Positions 39,641-50,336 of a stretch of DNA of 64,000 nucleotides are shown here, piece after piece. The notes under the pieces are model-generated. The model was not told the origin of the DNA. It saw only the letters and a list, made by a program, of their open reading frames with translations, and did not search any database. A program made the translations under genes and the position numbers. The stretch is from the IMG/VR virus record IMGVR_UViG_3300028833_000057, positions 96,001-160,000 of that record; one strand, given 5' to 3'. Numbering within the stretch: position 1 is the stretch's first letter; each line of letters begins with the position of its first letter. This DNA is from a virus (Duplodnaviria > Caudoviricetes).

Positions 39641-40063
39641 TTATTCTAATGTACACTTTTCAAAGTACTTTGGATATAAGAGATTTAGATATTCTACATC
39701 TGCAGTACTACATTCTATATACTTACTCATAGCGAATTCACGTTTATCAGAATCCCAAGCCATGATATTGGCTTTATACCAATGCAAGGTCTTACCATCT
39801 TCAGATGCTACAAAAACAACCATAGCATCTTTAATAGCGAGAGGGCTTGTATCGATATAGTCTTTTACCTGGTCATATTTAGCAAGAATTTCGCAATGAC
39901 GGTCAATGATACGATATATCTTTAGACCGTGCATATCATATTCTTTACCACTTTGGCCATAGGCTACAGTGGATACTTTATCACCGTGGAATTCAATTAA
40001 GAATAAAGGTTTATTCTCATCTTGAATATTAACATCAATCGTTTTAACTATATCTTCTAACAT
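39641..40063 (-). CDS. Hypothetical protein
   Basis: 140 aa, overlaps the stop of the RNAP gene. Confidence 0.7.
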   Translation of the reverse strand: MLEDIVKTIDVNIQDENKPLFLIEFHGDKVSTVAYGQSGKEYDMHGLKIYRIIDRHCEILAKYDQVKDYIDTSPLAIKDAMVVFVASEDGKTLHWYKANIMAWDSDKREFAMSKYIECSTADVEYLNLLYPKYFEKCTLE

Positions 40064-41976
40064 TCTTCATCACTCGGTTCAAGTTTTAAACCTAGTACTG
40101 TGAAGTATGCCGTTAATAAGTCTTTAATCGTATTAAATCTAGATTTCTCTAGCTTAAGAGGTTCACCTTCCATCTTCGTCAAGAGTTTATGAATCAAATT
40201 CTTTCTATCTTCTTTGTTTGAAGAATGGAAGTCCAACATGTCAAAGACTGCATCTGGGTTCTGACACAGTAACAGGTTCAGTGTTTCTTGTTCGCCCATT
40301 CTAATAGGTGTATTAGAATATGGTGCCATACCTGCTTTATAAATCTTATTAGATTTATTTGGTATCCCCTTCATGTTGATCTGACCACAAGATCTTGCAG
40401 ACATCTTAGATGCTGGTTCATGCTTTAGTCGAAGATAGTAGACATCACCCATGACTAAGGGATTTTCAATATTCTTAAACTTCAATGGCTTAACATCATA
40501 GGCTTCATAAAGCTCCATAAGCCAATCGAAGTTCATATTGTTGAAGAAAGGCGGCTGATGAATTATGAATCCATTTTCATAGAATTCATTTACGAATTGT
40601 TCCTTTTCTTCTTGAGTTTCAAGACCATCATAATACTCTCTAAGATCTGAAACTTGTTCTTCCATATTTACAGATGAATAGAACTCTGTTAAGACTCCCC
40701 ACTTTGTTTCATGGTCATCATCTTTATGCCTGAGTCTTACTTCATCACCTATAAAATTCAATTCCTGTTCGAGAAGAGTAGATAAGTTCATTCGACCTAG
40801 AATCCCCAATGGATTCAAACATGCTTCTGCATATCTACCATCTTCAGTTTGAGGCATTTCCGTATCATCTACAATCTTTGCAACCACACCTTTACCACCA
40901 TACCTATTGGTAATCTTGGATCCTACCAGTGCGGGTTTCTCATAGACTACTGTAAATTTGATAACGATATTATCGAATGCATTTTCAGCTTTCCATTCAA
41001 TATTATCATTTAAGCTATCTTTAGAGCGTCTATAGTAATACGCTGCATCAGATGTAAGCTTACTTCCATCTTCCATTAATTTCTCAATGGTCGAAGTGAG
41101 TATTTTATCATACTCAATCTGTCTAGCTAAATATTTCTTTATCTGCTCAGATGCAGGATCATTAAACTCAGATATATCTTTGTTAGAGTAAATGAATATA
41201 TCCATGACCTTACCTCTGGCGTATATACTTGTATCTGTAGACAACTTACGTCTTAAAGCACTGTTGCTAAGATTTCCAAGCATTGTAGAATTTACTATTC
41301 TACGTCTAGAACATAATACACCATCAACGATTTCTTCGCCTATATCTGGGAATGCCTTATAAGTATCACTATTTCCATATAGATTTATAAGAAGGTCGTT
41401 TGTATTTACAGGTACCATATACTCTGTAACAGCATTATATGCTAATTTCTTTGCAGCTGATTTGGAAATTACCAATGAGTCTTCATATGTTAGACCCTTG
41501 TATGGATAAAATACAGTCTTTAAATTTGTACCTATCATTAAATTTCCATCTTCATCATAACATGTTGCAGCAGCTAGACACATATTTTCGTCAACATGTT
41601 CAATATCTTCAAAATCTTCTGAGTCTACAACATTCTGAAGATATCCATAATTCTCTGTAAGCGGAATGGCTCTTTGTTGATTTATAACACCTATTGTTCC
41701 ATCATCGTTCTTAGTGACTACGGTATAAAATCCTTCAGAACGTCTTATGACTTTTACCGGTTTGAATCCCTGTTTAGTAACCGGAAAGCCCGCACTAATT
41801 TGTCCAATTCTATTCTCAAAATTCGTAAATATTCTAGGAATTTCTGGATTAGATAATATTACACTTTGAACCAAGTGATTCGAGAACATATAGGATCGTC
41901 CTGAATCAGTATGGTTCGTACAAGGCTGTAATAGTTCTTCCGCTAGGAAGTCATGTGTACTTGGTTCGTCAACCAT
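40057..41976 (-). CDS. RNA polymerase beta subunit, C-terminal half (probably non-virion RNAP)
   Basis: R..MFSNHLVQ, YEDS, VGSKITNRYGGKGVV, NPLGILGRMN, LKH...KMSARS, RMGEQE; early motif at 42011-42018. Confidence 0.92.
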   Translation of the reverse strand: MVDEPSTHDFLAEELLQPCTNHTDSGRSYMFSNHLVQSVILSNPEIPRIFTNFENRIGQISAGFPVTKQGFKPVKVIRRSEGFYTVVTKNDDGTIGVINQQRAIPLTENYGYLQNVVDSEDFEDIEHVDENMCLAAATCYDEDGNLMIGTNLKTVFYPYKGLTYEDSLVISKSAAKKLAYNAVTEYMVPVNTNDLLINLYGNSDTYKAFPDIGEEIVDGVLCSRRRIVNSTMLGNLSNSALRRKLSTDTSIYARGKVMDIFIYSNKDISEFNDPASEQIKKYLARQIEYDKILTSTIEKLMEDGSKLTSDAAYYYRRSKDSLNDNIEWKAENAFDNIVIKFTVVYEKPALVGSKITNRYGGKGVVAKIVDDTEMPQTEDGRYAEACLNPLGILGRMNLSTLLEQELNFIGDEVRLRHKDDDHETKWGVLTEFYSSVNMEEQVSDLREYYDGLETQEEKEQFVNEFYENGFIIHQPPFFNNMNFDWLMELYEAYDVKPLKFKNIENPLVMGDVYYLRLKHEPASKMSARSCGQINMKGIPNKSNKIYKAGMAPYSNTPIRMGEQETLNLLLCQNPDAVFDMLDFHSSNKEDRKNLIHKLLTKMEGEPLKLEKSRFNTIKDLLTAYFTVLGLKLEPSDEEC

Positions 41977-42021
41977 TTTGTTTGAGATCTCCTTATAAGG
42001 AATGCTATTTTTAATATAAGT

Positions 42022-43686
42022 TTATATACCTAGGTTATCTGTATCATCTTTATTTGCAGATGGTGCAGGACTTCTTTTTCTACTAGATGGCATGCGCTTA
42101 CCACTAGATGCTGCCGGATTATACTCCGATAAACCATCGCCTATATTAGTAATTACGTGAGACTCAGATCTCAAATTAGTCTCAAGAGATATAGAGTTCG
42201 TTTCATATGGAATTCCAAAGAATATTCTTTCATCCTTGATACGATATCTAGACTTTAGTTTAGTAAAGCAGAGATATCTTGTACCAGTTGTTGGATTCAT
42301 ATATGGAATAAAGGCACCACAATAGTCACAGTTCTGATAAATCATCAAAGATTCACCAATATTTGCAGCAGTAATACATTTTTCAATATTCTTACCGCTA
42401 TCTCGTGCTTCTTCAATCTTTGCAACTGCTTCACGATTAACCTGCATAACTGTAACTACAGGAATTTTTCTCTTCTTGGCTATTACACATTCGTCATTTA
42501 CAACTTCACCAAGATCAATTCTTAAGTCATACTGCGGGTTAGATGGACGAATTCTTCCAATATAGTCATGAATTAACATCACGACTTCATAACCCTTAGC
42601 AGCATAAGAGTCTATCATTATATCTAGATCTCTAGTGCTAATTTCTTTATTCTCTCTATATTCGATCGCATAAGTTACATTACTATCCGACCATCCACGT
42701 TCTGTATAGATATCATAAAGATCTTCTGCAGTATGTTCTTCAAACGGAACATTACTTGCTATATCAGGAGCTGCTACAGAATAGAATCTTTCATCTGTTT
42801 CAGAAAGAGAATTTTCCTGTGTAACCATTAATACTAATGGCTTCAAATCAGGATTCTTTGCTTGCATCTTAGGATTACAAAGCACCGCCCACTTCAATAC
42901 ATTAAGTAAGAATACACTCTTACCTGTACCTGGAGCACCTAAGAATACATACACCTTTTCACTTAAGAATCCTCCACCAAGAACTGCATTCAGTTCTCTA
43001 ACACCAGTCTTTATAACTGCTGAAGGCTTCTTCTTATCTTCAATCACCTTATTTAAGGTTTTCCTATGTTCCTCAGTACCAAAAATATAACTTCTCTGTT
43101 TTATAGATACTTCTTCAGATTTCTGAATATCTGCATTTATCTTTTGTGTAAGATTACTAAAATCCTGTGCGATAATATTTAAAGAACCAACATCACCAGA
43201 ATTTACTTTCTGAAGAATATCTCCAAGTTGATCCTTATGCTTATAAATTGTACTATATTGAGAAAGATTATTTACTCTTTGTGCAATATATTCAACATTC
43301 GTATCTGAAAAAATATTGTCATCTAAACCCTCTTGGTTCTTGTAGGCTTCTTCAAGCCCATCAAGAACTCCAGAGAAATTTTCTTCGCCACTATCTTGAC
43401 TGATAATATAATCCTTTATCATATCATTATCAGTCAGATCCATATTCATGATAGCATGAATTGCATGGCGTATCATATGGAATCTAGATATTCTATCTGC
43501 AAATGCCGATATACTTTCTTCAGATAGATTATCAAATAGATCTTTAATACTAGAAACTAATTCAAGATTTAACGGTTTCTTATAAAGCAAATATGCTAAA
43601 ATTCTTTCAAGAAGCTGAAAAGTGATCGGGGCTTTTAGCTTCTCTTCTCTATATACTTTCTTTAATATACGGGGTCTACCAGCCAT
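42022..43686 (-). CDS. dnaB: DnaB-like (SF4) replicative helicase
   Basis: GAPGTGKS Walker A, TQEN, IHDYI Walker B, QVNR, KSR finger. Confidence 0.9.
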   Translation of the reverse strand: MAGRPRILKKVYREEKLKAPITFQLLERILAYLLYKKPLNLELVSSIKDLFDNLSEESISAFADRISRFHMIRHAIHAIMNMDLTDNDMIKDYIISQDSGEENFSGVLDGLEEAYKNQEGLDDNIFSDTNVEYIAQRVNNLSQYSTIYKHKDQLGDILQKVNSGDVGSLNIIAQDFSNLTQKINADIQKSEEVSIKQRSYIFGTEEHRKTLNKVIEDKKKPSAVIKTGVRELNAVLGGGFLSEKVYVFLGAPGTGKSVFLLNVLKWAVLCNPKMQAKNPDLKPLVLMVTQENSLSETDERFYSVAAPDIASNVPFEEHTAEDLYDIYTERGWSDSNVTYAIEYRENKEISTRDLDIMIDSYAAKGYEVVMLIHDYIGRIRPSNPQYDLRIDLGEVVNDECVIAKKRKIPVVTVMQVNREAVAKIEEARDSGKNIEKCITAANIGESLMIYQNCDYCGAFIPYMNPTTGTRYLCFTKLKSRYRIKDERIFFGIPYETNSISLETNLRSESHVITNIGDGLSEYNPAASSGKRMPSSRKRSPAPSANKDDTDNLGI

Positions 43687-43696
43687 GGTGTTTTCC

Positions 43697-44884
43697 TTAT
43701 ATATTTGCTATTGCCATTTCAATATCGTTTATGGACACATCTTCCTTTAATATGTCACCTGCGAATTTTTGAATCTTTTCTTCAAGACTCATAGAATTGT
43801 TAGAAAGGAAGGACATGGGGTTTTCTACAGCAGATGTATCTTCTTGTCCATTTGATGCAGATTCAGCAGAGACCATAGGGCCAGCTACTACCACATCCTT
43901 AATATCGATATTATGCTTACCAGAGATATATTCACGAATTATATTATGGATTTCAGGATAGTCTTCTTTAATTTGTCTATCCATGTTGATTCTATAATTG
44001 ACATTTTCTTTACTGGAAAGCTTATCTAATTCTTTGACAACATTTTCAATATTACCAGAATTCTCTACAATAAGATTCATTAGGTCTATTTGTTTATATT
44101 CTGGTGCTTCTTCGTTTATTATTCTATACACTTCGCAGTCATCTGGGGATACATAGTCATATATATTGTAACCTTTTGGATTCTCTTCACCTTGAGCCAT
44201 ACGAGAGAATGAACCGTGATAGAATATTTTATTTTTGTAATTACAAGCATTATGAATATGGCCACCAGTTACAATACCTCTTGTAATGCGCATCATATCT
44301 GCGCATTTCCATACAGGTGCGGACTCTATAAGCTTCTCGGATTCATACTTCTGACTAGAGAATGCTTGGAATTCCATAGTACCATGGAAGAATACAAATT
44401 CGTATTCATTATCCGGTACGTCAAATACTAATTCCTTATAATATTCATGCATATCAACTGGATATTCTTCAGGAATATAAAGTACTTTGAAGCCAGGGAA
44501 GACTTCTTCAGCTTCTACTTTAGAAATAACCTTTAAGTATTGACTATGCATTGTAAGCATATTTAAAGTACTAAGCTGCTCACAATCATGTGCGGCAGTT
44601 CCTTTAATAATGCGGAGTACAATTCTATTGGTTTCGCAAAGATGTATGAGTTCTCCAAGGAATGCGTATGCATATTTTGCAGCCTCAGAACTCATCTTTA
44701 ATTCATAATGAAAGATATCACCGGTTAAAACTACCATATCAAGTACATCTTTGTTCTCAATGACTTGACTGATTAAATAATTCTTTAATTCGGAGTATAA
44801 ACTTTTAGCGTTGTTATAACTAAAATGAATATCTCCTGCATTCAATATACAATAATTATCTCCGAGTGTATGTTTATCAAACAT
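43697..44884 (-). CDS. sbcD: SbcD/Mre11-like nuclease
   Basis: GDIH, GDIFH, GTAAHD, FFHG, GHIH and YHGS metallophosphoesterase motifs. Confidence 0.88.
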   Translation of the reverse strand: MFDKHTLGDNYCILNAGDIHFSYNNAKSLYSELKNYLISQVIENKDVLDMVVLTGDIFHYELKMSSEAAKYAYAFLGELIHLCETNRIVLRIIKGTAAHDCEQLSTLNMLTMHSQYLKVISKVEAEEVFPGFKVLYIPEEYPVDMHEYYKELVFDVPDNEYEFVFFHGTMEFQAFSSQKYESEKLIESAPVWKCADMMRITRGIVTGGHIHNACNYKNKIFYHGSFSRMAQGEENPKGYNIYDYVSPDDCEVYRIINEEAPEYKQIDLMNLIVENSGNIENVVKELDKLSSKENVNYRINMDRQIKEDYPEIHNIIREYISGKHNIDIKDVVVAGPMVSAESASNGQEDTSAVENPMSFLSNNSMSLEEKIQKFAGDILKEDVSINDIEMAIANI

Positions 44885-44970
44885 AAATTTTCCTTTCGAA
44901 TTTGTATTGTATTGTTGCTTTTGTTAAATATCAACACTAGATTGTAAATATTTTAAACAACAGGTTTATA

Positions 44971-45903
44971 ATGAAAAAACTTTCTGAAGTCAAAGCCCTT
45001 GATTCTAAATCACTGGGCCAAATTGCTAAGATTATTAGTGGCATTGATCTTAATGTATCTAGAGCAGACCCCGATAAGATCGCAGATTGCATTAAGACCA
45101 TTGCCAAGAAAGAAACTAGGCCACTCAAGGCTAGAGTTATTATGGACTATGAAGATAGGATTACAATTCCTATGCTTGATGCGATGGTTGCCGATCAAGT
45201 TCCACCGTATCTTCCATTCTGGGTAATGCCTAATTCTGGAAATGCTCGTACTGTAGTTAATATTACACGTTATGCTAGAATAGATAAGAAAACCAAAGAG
45301 ATCAATGTTTACCCTAAGACATTATTTGGTCTTCTTATGGCTGGTACTATTATGACACAATTGCAACAGAATGAAGCTGCAATTATGGGTAGTACTAAGC
45401 TTTTAACGGCTTTATGCCAAATATACTCTAGAATATTTACAAAGATTCTTGACAAGAACTTTGCAATTAGTTCTAATGAAGTTTACTTAGATCAGATTAG
45501 ATATCTATCTGCAAAATTCTTGCTTTTATCAGTAATTGGAAGACCCGATACTCCTAATACATCTGAGATTGCTGCAAAGACTATTATGAATTCTTCTAAG
45601 AGTCTTGTTATGCAAATTGATGCTCAGATGCCGCCTGGTTCTTATACCGATATTCTTACATTTATTGAAGGTCTTAAATCTATATACAAGCGTCTTAATC
45701 GTTTGACATATAGACTAATTCTTGGTGATATGGTTAAATTGTATTCAGCTACATCATTCTTGATGCTTGAATATTTACCATACTTTATTGCAAACGTCAT
45801 GTATTCTACTTTGAATGCAGGTATTAATAATGAATATTCATTTGAAGCAGTAAATGGTAAAGATGGTATAACGGTTTATCAAGAATTAGCTAGACTTATT
45901 TAA
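44971..45903 (+). CDS. Putative late/virion protein
   Basis: 310 aa, late motif 44933-44944, own terminator. Confidence 0.65.
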   Translation: MKKLSEVKALDSKSLGQIAKIISGIDLNVSRADPDKIADCIKTIAKKETRPLKARVIMDYEDRITIPMLDAMVADQVPPYLPFWVMPNSGNARTVVNITRYARIDKKTKEINVYPKTLFGLLMAGTIMTQLQQNEAAIMGSTKLLTALCQIYSRIFTKILDKNFAISSNEVYLDQIRYLSAKFLLLSVIGRPDTPNTSEIAAKTIMNSSKSLVMQIDAQMPPGSYTDILTFIEGLKSIYKRLNRLTYRLILGDMVKLYSATSFLMLEYLPYFIANVMYSTLNAGINNEYSFEAVNGKDGITVYQELARLI

Positions 45904-46069
45904 ATTTAAATTCTATATAGGTTTTTCCTATATAGAATTTTTATTTTAATTTAAATTATTTATAATTATTTATTACAATTTTTAATATAAATATATTATA
46001 ATAAGATAGGAAATTTGTATAAAATTCTTATAAACGAACTAAAAAATGAATTCTAAATAAAGGTAAATC

Positions 46070-48868
46070 ATGAAAATTTTAAAAGCATATTTTAAAAATT
46101 TCCAAGGATTTTATACTGGTATGAATTTAGTTGAGTTAAAACTAGATTTTACCAAAGGTATAAACTCTGCTTTTAATGTAATATTTGGAAAAAATGCTTC
46201 TGGTAAAAGTACCTTATTGTCAATACTTCAACCATTTCCAGGAACGAATGATAATCGTTCCGATATTATTAGGGCTGGACATGAAGGTAGAAAAGATATA
46301 ATCTTTCAAGATACACCAGATAAAATTTATCGCATAACAATTATCTATCCTGTAGAAGTTAAAGGTAAAAGACCAACCGAAAAGTGTTATATCTATAAGC
46401 TAAATGAAGGTGCTTCTATAGATGATAAAAACGGTTGGACAAATCTTAATCCTAATGGCGGTAAACAGACGTATATTACTGCTCTAGAGGATTATTTACA
46501 TATCACTAAAGATTTCTTTATGGTTGGAAGACTTGGTGGTGTTGATAACTTCATTGATCTTAATAAGTCTGATAGAAAGAAATTTATAGCAAACTTCTTG
46601 CCAGATGTTGATCCATATCTTACAGCCAATGAGATAGTGAGTAAAAAAGTTACTACTCAGAAAAAGATGATGGTGACATTCGGAGAAGAGCTTAATAAAT
46701 TGGCTCCTCAAGCAGAATGTGAAGCTAATCTTTCAAGAATTAATACACAGCTTACAGATCTAAATGAAGAACTTGAAAAACAAAATCAGATTTTTGGTAG
46801 TTCTAAGGGCTTTGTAGATAATATTCTTGAATCCACAACGGAAACTTTGCCAGAACTTAGAGATTTTGCTAGAACTGGTGTTAATCCTTTAATTGATGAA
46901 ATTAAATCTCTTGAAGAGAAGATACAGAAACTGAAAGATAATCTTCGTTCATTTACTAGTAAGGAAGAACTTGAAGCAGATATCGAAAAAATAAATGCAG
47001 AGATTATAAAACTTTCTGAAGCAAAAGCAAAGAAAGAAAGTAATAAAGCAACAGCGATCCAGAATCAAGCTAATTTTAAGCTTGAAATGGATAAATTATC
47101 TGCTCGTCTTTCTGCAGTACAATCCAAAATAGGTCTTCTTGAGTCTCTTAATGCACAATTAGATCAAAGACTTGAAGAAGAGAAGGGTTATCTTGCTGAA
47201 AAAGAAGAATTTAAAAAGCCTATATTTAAGCATTTTGCAAATATGACTCCAGAAGTAATGATTACTTTCAAGGGTCTTGTTACTGAATTGCGTATAATGC
47301 TTAATGAAGTTAGAAATGCTTATGATGAAGCAGGATTGAGATCCTTATCTCTTACAGATAGTAAGAGCATAAATAAAGAAATGTTTGAAATGACTGCAGC
47401 CTGTAAGAAAGCTACAGCTACCATTGAACGTATTGCTGAAAGTAAAGCAAAATTACCATTACTCGAAGCTAATGCTAAATCGGAGTCAATCTTACTTAAG
47501 AGACCTACAGAATGTAAAATAGATAAGTGTCCATTTATTTCTGCTGCTCTTGAATTTGAAGGTGCTACACTTGAATATAAGCGTGTACTAAAAATAATTG
47601 AAACTTCTTCTGAAGAAGAAGAAAAAGCAAAGATTATTTTAGAAGATTATCAGCCTAAGATTAAATTCTTATCATCATATGAAAAGAGTTATGCAAAGAT
47701 AGCCGAGCATTTTAAATCTCAACCATTGCTTAAGCTATATCCAAAAATTCAAGATATTACGTTATCCATAGATAAGTATCTTGAAGCTATTACAATTAGC
47801 TCTATTGAATTTGATGAGTTAATGAATATAGATCATATCGAATCTTATGTAAATCATAAGGCTAATCTTGCAAAAGTTAGAGAAGATATATCCACACTCA
47901 GAACAAGAATATCTGAAATTGAAGAATCTTCTACATTTGTTAAGCAGCTTAATCAGGATCATGAAACTGCTGAAAGAAACTACAATGAAGCTACATCTGT
48001 ACTTGAAACTGTAGATTCTGAAGTTGAAGATTTAGAAACCGATATTCAAAATAAGAAGAATGAAATCCTAAGTATTAAATGTACAATTCAGTCCGTAGAC
48101 TTGTTAAAAGAAAGAGAATCAGAGTTATCTGTCCTTAAGATTAAATCCGACTCTATGGAAAAATATCTTGCCGATGTTTCTAAAAATAGAGATATCATGC
48201 TTGAATGTAAAGATAGAATTTCCAAGATTAAAGGTGAGATAGAAACCTTAAGCTCAGATAAAGATAAATTCACTCATCAGATAGAGTCTAGAAAGGATCT
48301 TGAAGATAAGCTTTTAAAGATGCAAGATGAGTTTAAGACTCTTGAAATAGTAAAACGTTGTACAGATACTGTTAAAGGTATTCCACTTTATCTAATTGAT
48401 GCATACCTTGAAGATATTCGTCAACGTACAAATACGCTATTACAGGTTGCATATAATGGTGATTTTATTCTTGATAGATTTGTAATTAATGAAAAAGAAT
48501 TTGCTATACCGGTTATTAGAAGTAATGGTGATAAACTAGAAGATATTACTTTAGGTAGTGGTGCCGAAACATCATTAGTTAAAAGTAGTCTTAGTTTTGC
48601 TATTATTCAGAAAGCTATGGGCGGTTATAATATTCTATCTCTTGATGAGATCGATGGCTGTCTAGATGAAGCTAAGCGTAAAGAATTTATATCTATGCTC
48701 CGCAAACAAGTGGAAGAGCTTGGTATAGAGCAGATGTTTATTATTAGTCATAACAGAGTCTTCCTTGATGAATCCTTAAATCTTATTCTTCTTAAGGATC
48801 ATGGCATTGAAACTGATAACTCAGAATTGATGTCTAACAAGGCTGTGATTTATGACTACTATAAGTAA
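46070..48868 (+). CDS. sbcC: SbcC/Rad50-like SMC ATPase
   Basis: GKNASGKS, long coiled coils with central CKIDKCPF hook, SGAE signature, LDEID, ISH. Confidence 0.92.
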   Translation: MKILKAYFKNFQGFYTGMNLVELKLDFTKGINSAFNVIFGKNASGKSTLLSILQPFPGTNDNRSDIIRAGHEGRKDIIFQDTPDKIYRITIIYPVEVKGKRPTEKCYIYKLNEGASIDDKNGWTNLNPNGGKQTYITALEDYLHITKDFFMVGRLGGVDNFIDLNKSDRKKFIANFLPDVDPYLTANEIVSKKVTTQKKMMVTFGEELNKLAPQAECEANLSRINTQLTDLNEELEKQNQIFGSSKGFVDNILESTTETLPELRDFARTGVNPLIDEIKSLEEKIQKLKDNLRSFTSKEELEADIEKINAEIIKLSEAKAKKESNKATAIQNQANFKLEMDKLSARLSAVQSKIGLLESLNAQLDQRLEEEKGYLAEKEEFKKPIFKHFANMTPEVMITFKGLVTELRIMLNEVRNAYDEAGLRSLSLTDSKSINKEMFEMTAACKKATATIERIAESKAKLPLLEANAKSESILLKRPTECKIDKCPFISAALEFEGATLEYKRVLKIIETSSEEEEKAKIILEDYQPKIKFLSSYEKSYAKIAEHFKSQPLLKLYPKIQDITLSIDKYLEAITISSIEFDELMNIDHIESYVNHKANLAKVREDISTLRTRISEIEESSTFVKQLNQDHETAERNYNEATSVLETVDSEVEDLETDIQNKKNEILSIKCTIQSVDLLKERESELSVLKIKSDSMEKYLADVSKNRDIMLECKDRISKIKGEIETLSSDKDKFTHQIESRKDLEDKLLKMQDEFKTLEIVKRCTDTVKGIPLYLIDAYLEDIRQRTNTLLQVAYNGDFILDRFVINEKEFAIPVIRSNGDKLEDITLGSGAETSLVKSSLSFAIIQKAMGGYNILSLDEIDGCLDEAKRKEFISMLRKQVEELGIEQMFIISHNRVFLDESLNLILLKDHGIETDNSELMSNKAVIYDYYK

Positions 48869-48910
48869 ATTATAGAAGTACTCAATTATATTAAGTAATG
48901 AGGTACAAAT

Positions 48911-49012
48911 ATGAAACAAGCTTTTGCAACATGGTCTTTCTTTATGTCAATAGCATGCACTGGACTATTCTTCTTCGGTCTTATCTTGCTACTTGCTATA
49001 AGAGGCATGTAA
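48911..49012 (+). CDS. 33-aa single-pass membrane peptide (not in ORF track)
   Basis: MKQAFATWSFFMSIACTGLFFFGLILLLAIRGM*, GAGGT SD, TATATTAA at 48887-48894. Confidence 0.65.
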   Translation: MKQAFATWSFFMSIACTGLFFFGLILLLAIRGM

Positions 49013-49026
49013 AAAAAGAAGAGCAT

Positions 49027-49383
49027 TTAGTGCTCTTCTTTTTTTCCGTCCTCCTTACACGGAAACATGAATTGCCAAGTAACCTTTTTAACGTCCTCAA
49101 CATCGGCTAAGGTAATGTCTACTTCTAGCTGATTAGTAGTATGCCTATTTCTTTTGACATACTTTATGGGAACAGCTGTAAAAGTAAAATGATCGCCAAT
49201 GATAAGACGCTTTTTAGTAAGCCATGGTCCAATATCTACCCAGACATGATCACAGATCACTTTATTTTCCGTGTCAACAATATTGATCAGGCATACCCTA
49301 TCCTTTTTAGCACCATGCGCATCGAATTTCTCGATTTCTGCTTTGTATTGGTTTCTCTGATGAATCGTTCCTAAATTTCGCAC
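49027..49383 (-). CDS. Hypothetical protein (possibly OB-fold-like)
   Basis: 118 aa, DHVW motif, AAGGAGG SD, early motif upstream. Confidence 0.7.
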   Translation of the reverse strand: MRNLGTIHQRNQYKAEIEKFDAHGAKKDRVCLINIVDTENKVICDHVWVDIGPWLTKKRLIIGDHFTFTAVPIKYVKRNRHTTNQLEVDITLADVEDVKKVTWQFMFPCKEDGKKEEH

Positions 49384-49480
49384 ATAAGACCTCCTTGTTG
49401 AAGTGCAATTTTTAATATATTCTTTAAAAGTAAATATTTACATAAAAAAAAAATAAAAAGACATCAGCTGTCTTTTTATT

Positions 49481-49780
49481 TTAATTAGATTCATCAAGAA
49501 ATTTAGCTCTAATTATAAAGAATGTATCTCTACATGTCAAAGGATCAAATAAATAAAGATCTTGAAAAAATCTTTTTTGAATATTATTAAGGCTATCTAA
49601 ATATGTAATTTTTATATCTTTAATTGTATTGAATGTAATCGGAGCAATTCGCATATGGAGACATATACCGAATTGCTTTGATGTAATGCCTTCGGTTAGT
49701 TTTCCATATGCTAAATTGATAAAACCTGAAACTGTACCAGTATATTCTTCTCCAGTTACAGTGTGTATTAAAGCTTTCAT
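49481..49780 (-). CDS. Hypothetical protein
   Basis: 99 aa, ATGA overlap with an upstream small ORF. Confidence 0.6.
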   Translation of the reverse strand: MKALIHTVTGEEYTGTVSGFINLAYGKLTEGITSKQFGICLHMRIAPITFNTIKDIKITYLDSLNNIQKRFFQDLYLFDPLTCRDTFFIIRAKFLDESN

Positions 49781-49929
49781 ACAGTACCCACATAGTTGCT
49801 TTTAATATCTTGTACTATAGACTTTGCAATCATTACTATCTTATGTATATTTTGCTTAGTAATCTCTTGATTATAAGCTTCTAATTCTTCGGGACTTAGA
49901 AAATTCTCTGAATCAGTATTCAAAGCCAT
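49777..49929 (-). CDS. Small hypothetical protein (50 aa, not in ORF track)
   Basis: MALNTDSENF...GTV*, GAGGT SD. Confidence 0.55.
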   Translation of the reverse strand: MALNTDSENFLSPEELEAYNQEITKQNIHKIVMIAKSIVQDIKSNYVGTV

Positions 49930-49938
49930 ATAAACCTC

Positions 49939-50277
49939 TTATCTAAAAATATCCCTATTAAACATTTGGTCAGTGATATCTTTTATATCTTCAGATTTTA
50001 TTGGATAACGCACACAATTTTTAAATATTAGTCTGAATGTCTTAAATCGTGTATAAATGATCCTATACCTGTCGTTATCATATATAACATCAGACGAATA
50101 ATACTTATTATAATCTGGATCATTGCGCCTAAGGTCTTCGTCACGTAATCCATACATGTCTTGATAGTACCCATTGGGAACCCTCATTATATCTACATTT
50201 GTTTTGCGATGTTTGAGTATTAAACCCAATATAAAGTAATATACCTTAAAATATAGGTATGCCATTCTTTCCTCCAA
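49939..50277 (-). CDS. Hypothetical protein
   Basis: Probable start MAYL after GGAGGA; early motif upstream. Confidence 0.65.
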   Translation of the reverse strand: MEERMAYLYFKVYYFILGLILKHRKTNVDIMRVPNGYYQDMYGLRDEDLRRNDPDYNKYYSSDVIYDNDRYRIIYTRFKTFRLIFKNCVRYPIKSEDIKDITDQMFNRDIFR

Positions 50278-50336
50278 AGTTAGGCAAATTTTAATATATG
50301 TAAAAAATTTATAAAAAAAAGAAGAGGCCGTAGCCT

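Noticed and set aside
45905-46069. Very AT-rich gap as replication origin
   Set aside because: Accounted for by a terminator plus the sbcC promoter; no iterons visible
48898-49110. 70-aa ORF from the track
   Set aside because: Runs through a terminator into the convergent gene; the SD-preceded 33-aa ORF at 48911-49012 fits better
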